NCBI GenBank assembly: GCA_025360265.1
Contig: JANYCP010000321.1
Span: 1 to 31,554 of the forward strand
Reading direction: 5' to 3'
DNA: 31,554 nucleotides
Origin: Gemmatimonadota bacterium
GTDB lineage: Bacteria; Gemmatimonadota; Gemmatimonadetes; Gemmatimonadales; GWC2-71-9
Below the pieces are notes generated by a model. The model worked only from the letters and a program-made list of their open reading frames with translations, did not search any database and was not told where the DNA came from. Below, one piece after another: positions 1 through 6,697 of the stretch. The translations under genes and the position numbers were made by a program. Within the stretch, counting starts at the first letter, position 1. Each line of letters starts with the position of its first letter.

Positions 1-683
1 GCCTTCAGCGAATCGACCACGCCGATTGCCTTGACATAGCTGGTGAATAGCGGCGCGAATGAGCCGGACGCCGGCGTGCCGAACCGCGCCGCCGTCGGCC
101 CGTCGGCGCGGACGCGCATACCAATTTCGAGCGTGGTGCTGTCCTTCGGAGCGAACGCAACCCGCGAGAGGGTGTCACCGGAGAGCACCACACGAAACAC
201 GCCGGTCCGGTAACTGACCGCCTGCGGCACTTCCATGATCAGATTCGCCGGCGTCATCAAGGCATCGATGGCGGCAAACGACGTGGACGTGTCCACCGTC
301 TTGGGCAGTCGATAGATCTGCAGCACGTAATTGGCGACGGTCGTATCACGCGCCTGCAGTCCGAGCTCGATTGCCACCGAGTCAACCGTGAACGCGCGAG
401 CGGTGTCGGATACCAGCACTGAGTCGGCGCGCGGCAGGAACCGAATGATCGCGCGGTTCTGGCCGTACACGCCGCCGCTCGACGAAAGGACCGAGATCAG
501 GCTCGCCGATTCGAGGAAGCCAGCGAACGACGAGTCGCCGTTGGCGATCGGCGTGAGAACCGTGTCACGAAATACTGCCTGGCCACCAGGACAGTACGTC
601 GGGCAGGTGCCTGGTGTGGTCAGGTGCTCGGTGCAGGCGGTGGCGAGCACGGCCACGCCGAACAGCGCGAGGAGAGCGCGCAT
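1..683 (-). CDS. Hypothetical lipoprotein, 3' end beyond the left edge of the window
   Basis: Read by hand; absent from the ORF track because it has no stop in the window. ATG at 683 overlaps the cdd TGA (TGATG). Open to the edge: [34 protein letters not shown]...SYVKAIGVVDSLK, lipobox LATAC (Cys17). Confidence 0.75.
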   Translation of the reverse strand, partial: MRALLALFGVAVLATACTEHLTTPGTCPTYCPGGQAVFRDTVLTPIANGDSSFAGFLESASLISVLSSSGGVYGQNRAIIRFLPRADSVLVSDTARAFTVDSVAIELGLQARDTTVANYVLQIYRLPKTVDTSTSFAAIDALMTPANLIMEVPQAVSYRTGVFRVVLSGDTLSRVAFAPKDSTTLEIGMRVRADGPTAARFGTPASGSFAPLFTSYVKAIGVVDSLK

Positions 684-1066
684 CACGGCAACACGTCGCC
701 GGTGAAACCGGCGGGAAGCAGCTCGCGCATCGTCCAGGCGGCCATTTCGTCGCCGGCGAAACTCTCGACCGACAGCTCCGGCGCAAACTCTGCGAGCACC
801 TGTCGGCATGCCCCGCAGGGCGAAACCGGATGCACTGCATCACTGACGAGCGCCAGCCGCCGGAAGCGGCGATGGCCAGCCGTGACCGCCGCCACCACCG
901 CACTGCGCTCGGCGCAGATCGTCAATCCGTAGGAGGCGTTCTCGACGTTGCAGCCGGCGAATACGGTTCCGTCGTCGGACTCAAGCGCCGCCCCGACGCG
1001 AAAACCGGAGTACGGGGCGTACGCGCGGTCCCGAGCGGCTTCGGCCGCAGTCCGCAAATCCGTCAT
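683..1066 (-). CDS. cdd: Cytidine deaminase (homotetrameric, three-Cys zinc type)
   Basis: 127 aa; [28 protein letters not shown] and PCGACRQVL motifs; ATGA overlap with deoB. Confidence 0.96.
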   Translation of the reverse strand: MTDLRTAAEAARDRAYAPYSGFRVGAALESDDGTVFAGCNVENASYGLTICAERSAVVAAVTAGHRRFRRLALVSDAVHPVSPCGACRQVLAEFAPELSVESFAGDEMAAWTMRELLPAGFTGDVLP

Positions 1067-2244
1067 GCCAGCCAGATGTCGCTCAGGAAGGACTTCCCCG
1101 CCGCAAGCGGGGGTACGCCGAGAAATTCCGCGATAGTCTGGCCCACGTCGGCGAAGGTGTTGCGCTCGCCGATGGAGACCGGCCGCACGCGCGGGCCGGC
1201 AGCCAGAATGGGGACGCGCTCGCGCGCGTGGTCGGTGGAACGGGTCGTAGGATCGTTACCATGGTCGGCGGTGAAGATAATCAGGTCCTCGCTCCGGGCC
1301 CCACGCTGCATGCCGGGAATCCAGGCATCCAGTTCCCGGAGCCCACCGACAAATCCGGGTACGTCATTGCGATGTCCCCAGCTCTGGTCGAATTCGATAA
1401 CGTTGGCGAAAAGAAAACCGGCATCCATCGCCGCCATCCCGCCGTCAATGAGCGCGTAAGCATCCCCGTTTGTGGCGGTATGGGTGCTCCGAATTCCCCG
1501 CCCCGCAAAGAGGTCGTCCACCTTGCCGACGCCGACCACCGGGACGCCGGCAGCGGCCAGTTCATCAAGCAGTGTCACACCAGTCGGCTCGCGCGAGAAA
1601 TCCTTCCGGCTCGGCGTGCGGGCGAACCCACCGGGCATCCCACGGAATGGCCGTGCGATGACCCGCGAAACACCGTGCGGATCGACCAGCAATTCACGAG
1701 CGACTGCGCATGCCGCATACAGTTCGCTCAACGGCACGACGTCCTCGTGCGCCGCAACCTGGAAGACTGAATCGGCAGAGGTGTACACGATCCATTTACC
1801 AGTCGCGATATGTTCCGCGCCAAGTTCGTCGAGAATCGCAGTCCCCGACGCGGCCCTATTGCCAATGACCGCGCGATTGGTTCGCCCGGCAAACTCAGCG
1901 AGAAGCGCCGGCGGAAAACCGTTCGGGTAGGTTGGAAACGGTGCCTTCAACACGACACCACACAGCTCCCAGTGGCCAGCCGTGCTGTCTTTCCCCTTGC
2001 TGCTCGGTTGCGCCCAGCCATGCGCCGCGGTTGGATGGAGCGATTTCGGGATCGCGGTATCGCCACAGTACCCGATGCCGAGCGCTTCGAGATTCGGCAA
2101 TTGCAAATCGGGCTGAGCACGCATCACATTGCCGAGTGTCGCGCTCCCTACATCGCCGTATGCGGCGGCGTCGCGCGCTTCCCCCGCGCCAAGTCCATCG
2201 AGCACAATGAGAAAGGCGCGGCGACTACTGCCCGGCGGATTCAT
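1063..2244 (-). CDS. deoB: Phosphopentomutase
   Basis: 393 aa from ATG 2244 (GAGGG upstream; the ORF-track extension overlaps alr). Motifs [59 protein letters not shown]. Confidence 0.95.
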   Translation of the reverse strand: MNPPGSSRRAFLIVLDGLGAGEARDAAAYGDVGSATLGNVMRAQPDLQLPNLEALGIGYCGDTAIPKSLHPTAAHGWAQPSSKGKDSTAGHWELCGVVLKAPFPTYPNGFPPALLAEFAGRTNRAVIGNRAASGTAILDELGAEHIATGKWIVYTSADSVFQVAAHEDVVPLSELYAACAVARELLVDPHGVSRVIARPFRGMPGGFARTPSRKDFSREPTGVTLLDELAAAGVPVVGVGKVDDLFAGRGIRSTHTATNGDAYALIDGGMAAMDAGFLFANVIEFDQSWGHRNDVPGFVGGLRELDAWIPGMQRGARSEDLIIFTADHGNDPTTRSTDHARERVPILAAGPRVRPVSIGERNTFADVGQTIAEFLGVPPLAAGKSFLSDIWLA

Positions 2245-2254
2245 CGCAGAGCCC

Positions 2255-3337
2255 TCATTCGAGGTTGAGGTAGCGGCGCGGCAAGCGGGGCCCGAGCGCC
2301 GTGAGCATTTCGTAGCTGACCGTACCAGCGTGCGCCGCGTGTTCGTCAAGCGTGACCAACCCGCCGAAGATGGTCGCCACGTCGCCAATTGCGACCGGAA
2401 GATTGCCAGCGTCTACCATCACATGATCCATCGTCACGCGCCCGACAATACGAACACGGGAACCGAGCAGTTCCACCTCACCGCTACCAGACAGCTGTCG
2501 ATGCACTCCATCGGCGTAACCGATTGCAAGTGTCGCGATCGTTGTCGACCCCGTGGCACTCCACGTTGCGTCGTAGCCCACGGTCGTTCCGGCGGAAATC
2601 CGGTGAAGCCCAACGACTCGAGCGCGCAACGCGGCGACTGGCACGCTGTCCAGCCCGGCGACCCGACCGCCATAGAGATGGATGCCCGGTCGGGTGACAT
2701 CACCAGCAAAGCGGGAACCGTAGGCACCGGCCGCCGATGCCGCTGCATGCACCAGCTGCGGTCGACGCCCAATTGCTGCCATCGCCGCCTCCAGGCGATC
2801 CCACTGCTCCGCCGTCGCGGCCGGATTCTTCTCGGCGGAATGGAACATCGTGAAGATGCCCTCCCATCCCGCCGCGTCGCCAACCAGATTGCGCACCGCC
2901 ATGAGTGCCTGAGGATCGTCCCAGGGGATGCCGGAACGACCCATGCCAGTATCAATTTCGATATGAAACGGCCCGGCACCTTGCTGCAGCCAGGCATCGA
3001 GTGCCGCCACATCACAGATTGCTGGCCGGGCCGCGACGGCGTTGACGAACTCGATCATCGCGGGCACGAGTGGCGAAAAGATCACCACAGGGCGGACGAT
3101 ACCATTGACGTGAAGTTCCCGTGCCTCCTCGATCGTCGCGACGCCGTAACCCCAGGGCTCGGCCTCGCCGAGGGCACGCGCCACCATCAGGGCGCCGAGG
3201 CCGTAGCCGTCGGCCTTGAGCATCGGCAAGAGCGGCGCGCCGGTCGCCGCCATGAACGAACGGGCATTGCGGACCAGGGCATCGAGGTCGACGTCCACCC
3301 AGGCTCGGGCAGTATCAGGTGTGATCCGTTTGCGCAT
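2255..3337 (-). CDS. alr: Alanine racemase (PLP fold III), with some atypical active-site residues
   Basis: 360 aa; RAWVDVDLDAL, PLP-lysine motif LKADGYGLG, DTGMGR, RPGIHLYG, VGYDATW, GYADG, GRVTMD, C-terminal YEMLTALGPRLPRRY. Confidence 0.92.
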   Translation of the reverse strand: MRKRITPDTARAWVDVDLDALVRNARSFMAATGAPLLPMLKADGYGLGALMVARALGEAEPWGYGVATIEEARELHVNGIVRPVVIFSPLVPAMIEFVNAVAARPAICDVAALDAWLQQGAGPFHIEIDTGMGRSGIPWDDPQALMAVRNLVGDAAGWEGIFTMFHSAEKNPAATAEQWDRLEAAMAAIGRRPQLVHAAASAAGAYGSRFAGDVTRPGIHLYGGRVAGLDSVPVAALRARVVGLHRISAGTTVGYDATWSATGSTTIATLAIGYADGVHRQLSGSGEVELLGSRVRIVGRVTMDHVMVDAGNLPVAIGDVATIFGGLVTLDEHAAHAGTVSYEMLTALGPRLPRRYLNLE

Positions 3338-3343
3338 GTTCGG

Positions 3344-3372
3344 AGACTAGGACCGCGGGGGAGATGATGCAA
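3344..3372 (-). promoter_or_regulatory. Candidate sigma70-type promoter of alr, probably leaderless
   Basis: Minus strand: TTGCAT (3372-3367), 17 nt, TAGTCT (3349-3344), 6 nt, ATG 3337; no Shine-Dalgarno upstream. Confidence 0.6.
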
Positions 3373-4128
3373 GACGAATCAGCACTCGGCCGAGCCGTAG
3401 CCATGGTAGCAGACCTTCGGGTGCGCTGTGCCTGGGACCGCGTCCAGACCAGGGAGACACTCCGGCCGTATCTGATCGAGGAGGTCCACGAACTCGACGC
3501 AGCGCTGGCGGCGGGCGATGCCACAGCGATACGCGACGAAGTCGCCGACTTGATGCTCCACCTCGCCTGGCAGCTCGTCCTGGGCCTTGAAGCGAAGGAG
3601 TTCACGCCAGACGAAATCGCCAACGACCTCGTCGCCAAAATGCGTCGGCGCCATCCCCACCTTTTCGATCTCGGTCCGCCACAACAATGGTCGGCGCTCA
3701 AGGCGCGCGAGCGGAAGCCCGACCGCGGAACACTCGACGGCCTACCCGGGACACTTCCTGACCTGCTCATGTCGTATCGGCTTCAGGAACGCGCCGCGGG
3801 TGTCGGTTTCGACTGGCCCGACGTCGAAGGGCCGGTCGCCAAGGTTCGCGAAGAACTCGCGGAAGTCGAAGCGGAGCTTGCGAGCGATGATGCAACAGCG
3901 AGCGAGCGACTCACCGACGAGATCGGCGACCTGCTGTTCGCCGTGGTCAACCTCGCGCGGAAGTCCAACGTGCATCCGGGGCCGGCGCTCGACCGCGCGA
4001 ACAAGAAATTCCGTGATCGGTTCAGCGGGGTGGAGAAGCTCGCCGCCACGCAGGGAATCGCAATGGAGAGCGCAGGACTCGAGAAGCTTGATGAATTGTG
4101 GGACGAGGTGAAAAGGCGTGAGACGTGA
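3364..4128 (+). CDS. mazG: MazG nucleoside triphosphate pyrophosphohydrolase (two-domain)
   Basis: 254 aa; CAWDRVQT...PYLIEEVHE, DEVADL, RRHPHLF, QERAAGVGFDW, EELAEV, DEIGDLLFAVVNLAR; GGGGAG immediately upstream (start could be 3367). Confidence 0.94.
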   Translation: MMQDESALGRAVAMVADLRVRCAWDRVQTRETLRPYLIEEVHELDAALAAGDATAIRDEVADLMLHLAWQLVLGLEAKEFTPDEIANDLVAKMRRRHPHLFDLGPPQQWSALKARERKPDRGTLDGLPGTLPDLLMSYRLQERAAGVGFDWPDVEGPVAKVREELAEVEAELASDDATASERLTDEIGDLLFAVVNLARKSNVHPGPALDRANKKFRDRFSGVEKLAATQGIAMESAGLEKLDELWDEVKRRET

Positions 4129-4245
4129 CAGGTAAGAAGTTGCCTCGCCCTGAGCGAAGCGAGGGGCCTCCAGACTTCGCGCGGCGCGGAGCCTGAGGGT
4201 CCCTCGCCGGCGGCTCAGGACGAGGGGGCCATCTTACGTCTCACG
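4117..4245. repeat. Long imperfect inverted-repeat element (REP-like core, heptamer outer arms) between convergent mazG and asnS; possible bidirectional terminator
   Basis: 4143-4168 CCTCGCCCTGAGCGAAGCGAGGGGCC versus reverse complement of 4198-4225 CCTCGTCCTGAGCCGCCGGCGAGGGACC; outer arms CGTGAGACGT (4117-4126) and ACGTCTCACG (4236-4245) are exact reverse complements. Confidence 0.85.
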
Positions 4246-5542
4246 GATACAGCCGATGGATCTGCCTCGGAAACGCGATCGCCTCTCGAATATGCGGAAT
4301 GCCGCAGATCCATGCTACCGTGCGCTCCAGGCCGAGACCAAAGCCTGAGTGCACGAAGCCGCCGTACTTCCGTAGGTCGAGATACCACTTGTACGTCTCG
4401 GGGTTGAGGCCCTGTGCCTCGATGCGCGCGAGGAGCCTGTCGTAGTCATCCTCGCGTTGTGACCCGCCGATGATCTCGCCGTAGCCTTCCGGCGCGAGGC
4501 AATCGTTGTTGAGCACCGTGCGGGTATCGTCAGGATTCTCCTTCATATAGAACGCCTTGACCTGCTTCGGATAGTTCATCACGAAGAGCGGCTTGTCATA
4601 CGCCTTGGCCAGAGCGGTCTCGTCGTCGGCACCAAGGTCGGTGCCCCACTGAATGTCGCTCCCCTGCCCTTGCAGGTTGGCGATCGCGTCGGTGTAGGTG
4701 ATGCGTGCGAACGGCGCGATCACCTTTTCGAGAGGTGCCGTGTCGCGTTCCAGTTCCTTCAGTTCATCCTGGCGGCGTTCGAGCACGCGCGCGACAAGAT
4801 ACGAGACGAACGCTTCCTGCAGCCGCATGTTCTCATTGCTGTCGGCAAAGGCGACCTCAGGCTCGCACATCCAGAACTCGGTGAGGTGTCGGCGCGTCTT
4901 CGACTTCTCCGCCCGGAAGGTCGGACCGAAACAGTAGACCTTGCCATGCGCGGCGGCGGTTGCCTCGATGTACAGCTGTCCGGTCTGGGCGAGGTAGGCC
5001 TGCCCCAAATCGAAGTACTCGGTAGCAAAGAGCTCGCCAGCTTCCTCGCCGATTGATCCGGTGAGAATCGGCGAATCGGTGCGTATGAACCCGCGGTCGT
5101 AGAAGAAATCGCTGATGCCGTGCTCGATCTCGTTGCGCACGCGCGCGATCGCCACCTGCTTTCGCGAGCGCAGCCAGAGGTGTCGATGCTCGAAGAGGAA
5201 GGCGGTGCCGTGATCCTTTGGGGTGATCGGATACTCGACGCTCGGTGCCACGACCGTGACATCAGTCGCCGTGAGTTCGAATCCGCCTGGCGCACGCGCA
5301 TCTGCCCGCACCGTGCCGGCGACCAGCACGTTCGCTTCCTGGGTCATGGTGGCGAAGCGGTCCCACGCACCGTCCACCAGCTCGTTCTTGGGGAACACGG
5401 CCTGGAGATATCCGGTACCGTCGCGCATCGTAAGAAATGCGATCTTGCCCGAGGATCGGGTCGTCATCACCCAGCCCCGCACCGAAACCGTCTCGCCCAC
5501 GTGAGACTTGAGGTCACTTATCCGTACGAAAGTCGTTGCCAT
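4241..5542 (-). CDS. asnS: Asparagine--tRNA ligase
   Basis: 433 aa from ATG 5542; OB-fold N-terminus (VRGWV...SSGKIAF...DGTGYLQ), YLAQTGQLY, motif 2 FRAEKSKTRRHLTEFWM, EIIGGSQRE, motif 3 GFGLGLER. Confidence 0.95.
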   Translation of the reverse strand: MATTFVRISDLKSHVGETVSVRGWVMTTRSSGKIAFLTMRDGTGYLQAVFPKNELVDGAWDRFATMTQEANVLVAGTVRADARAPGGFELTATDVTVVAPSVEYPITPKDHGTAFLFEHRHLWLRSRKQVAIARVRNEIEHGISDFFYDRGFIRTDSPILTGSIGEEAGELFATEYFDLGQAYLAQTGQLYIEATAAAHGKVYCFGPTFRAEKSKTRRHLTEFWMCEPEVAFADSNENMRLQEAFVSYLVARVLERRQDELKELERDTAPLEKVIAPFARITYTDAIANLQGQGSDIQWGTDLGADDETALAKAYDKPLFVMNYPKQVKAFYMKENPDDTRTVLNNDCLAPEGYGEIIGGSQREDDYDRLLARIEAQGLNPETYKWYLDLRKYGGFVHSGFGLGLERTVAWICGIPHIREAIAFPRQIHRLYP

Positions 5543-5547
5543 GTCAC

Positions 5548-5576
5548 ATTTTAGGTTGGGAGGCGCGAGGGCGCAA
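5548..5576 (-). promoter_or_regulatory. Candidate sigma70-type promoter of asnS, probably leaderless
   Basis: Minus strand: TTGCGC (5576-5571), 17 nt, TAAAAT (5553-5548), 5 nt, ATG 5542; no SD. Confidence 0.65.
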
Positions 5577-5617
5577 TTAGCGGCGGCCTCGCGCACGTGT
5601 TCGAGCGGCGCCGCTAA
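5577..5617 (-). terminator. GC-rich hairpin at the 3' end of the zinc-ribbon gene; possible terminator without a clear U tract
   Basis: TTAGCGGCG (5577-5585) and CGCCGCTAA (5609-5617) are perfect reverse complements, with an inner CTCG/CGAG stem; it directly abuts the asnS -35 box. Confidence 0.45.
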
Positions 5618-6597
5618 AGTGACGCGATGCCGCGCTCCGCATCCTCCACCGCTAGCTGATCCGCAATCTTGGCGACCTCCTCCGCCTCCTGCCATTGGCG
5701 TTCGAGCAGCTTCAACTCTCCGGCGAGTGCCGTACGTTCGGTGTCCTCATGCGCGGCCATTTCGAGCGCCAGACGATCGGGCTTGTCGAGGTCCTTGAGG
5801 AGCGTGCTCAGCGGATTGTCCAGCGGCGACCTGATCTGCATCCGCTCCACCGCGGCCTGGACCGTCTGCTGTGATCCACCGCTGGCGTTGAGTTTCGGCA
5901 TGATTCGCCCTAGCGTGTCGACCGCGTACTGCCCCTTCAGCGTGACGTCGTGAGCCGACCAACCGGTCGCGAGTCCGATTCGTGCACCCCGATACATCGG
6001 AAACTCCAGTGACCAGTCATCGCGGCCATTGGAAACAATTCTCGCTTGCTTGAGGTGCTTCGGCGTCATCGCGCCACCAATTCCCGCCCGCTCGGGGATG
6101 CGGACCACGGCGCGGCGATTGCTATAGACGCCATTGAACATCTGAAAGAGCTGCGTCCCACCAAAAAAACTGCCGCCGATCAACGGCATCGCATACCGGA
6201 ATCCAACGAACATCCCAACTGCACCCACCGTCGCACCGCCAACGATCAACGCATTCCGCCAGCGCCGCCGCCCGAACTGATCACCGTACCGCCACGCCGC
6301 AAACTCCGGCCGCTGCGCAGGACCGATGCGCACCAGTTCGAGCCCTTCCTTGAGTCGAGCGATGCCGATGTTGTCGGTGGAAAAGCGAACGCGAGTTTCG
6401 GAGAACAATCGTTCACAGTGATCAATTGTTTCGAGCCGCGTGTCGAAAGGAACAAGGTTCCACTTTTCGCACGCCCGGCACACGACCCACAATCGGCCCT
6501 GTCGCTCGTCGAACGCAACGCGGCGCCCGATCGGGAGCGTCTCAAGCACCTCGTTGGCGCCGAGGTCCTTGCTGCAGTAGAGGCAGGTGGAGTACAT
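5614..6597 (-). CDS. Hypothetical protein with N-terminal CxxC...CxxC zinc ribbon, central hydrophobic segment and acidic helical C-terminus
   Basis: 327 aa; C5-L-Y-C8 and C40-R-A-C43; Gly-rich hydrophobic stretch ALIVGGATVGAVGMFVGF; C-terminal LALEMAAHE...GELKLLERQWQEAEEVAKIAD. Confidence 0.85.
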   Translation of the reverse strand: MYSTCLYCSKDLGANEVLETLPIGRRVAFDERQGRLWVVCRACEKWNLVPFDTRLETIDHCERLFSETRVRFSTDNIGIARLKEGLELVRIGPAQRPEFAAWRYGDQFGRRRWRNALIVGGATVGAVGMFVGFRYAMPLIGGSFFGGTQLFQMFNGVYSNRRAVVRIPERAGIGGAMTPKHLKQARIVSNGRDDWSLEFPMYRGARIGLATGWSAHDVTLKGQYAVDTLGRIMPKLNASGGSQQTVQAAVERMQIRSPLDNPLSTLLKDLDKPDRLALEMAAHEDTERTALAGELKLLERQWQEAEEVAKIADQLAVEDAERGIASL

Positions 6598-6603
6598 GAC
6601 TGA

Positions 6604-6609
6604 AAGATA
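6604..6609 (-). promoter_or_regulatory. Candidate -10 box formed by the end of the heptamer array
   Basis: Minus strand TATCTT, 6 nt (TCAGTC), ATG 6597; no SD and no recognisable -35. Confidence 0.4.
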
Positions 6610-6695
6610 GGAGATAGGAGATAGGAGATAGGAAATGCCGGTTCCTATCTCCTGCCTCCTATCTCCTATCTCCTATCTCCTATCTCCTATCTCCT
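6605..6695. repeat. Inverted tandem heptamer array (AGATAGG)4 - 11 nt - (CCTATCT)7
   Basis: AGATAGG x4 at 6605-6632; CCTATCT x7 at 6644-6692 (second unit is the variant CCTGCCT); the two units are reverse complements; central GGAA-ATGCCGG-TTCC. Confidence 0.97.
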
Positions 6696-6697
6696 CG

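Noticed and set aside
3364-4128. mazG as part of a toxin-antitoxin or anti-phage system
   Set aside because: It is the full-length two-domain housekeeping type, with no mazE/mazF or other defence gene nearby.
5543-5613. T-box riboswitch or attenuator upstream of asnS
   Set aside because: Only 71 bp are available, with no T-box sequence, and the promoter signature suggests no leader at all.
6160-6170. A7 homopolymer in the zinc-ribbon gene as a phase-variation tract
   Set aside because: Short, in frame (Phe-Phe codons) and unremarkable.
6605-6695. CRISPR array or mobile-element end
   Set aside because: 7-bp units with no spacers, no cas genes, no transposase and no evident target duplication; kept as a tandem repeat instead.
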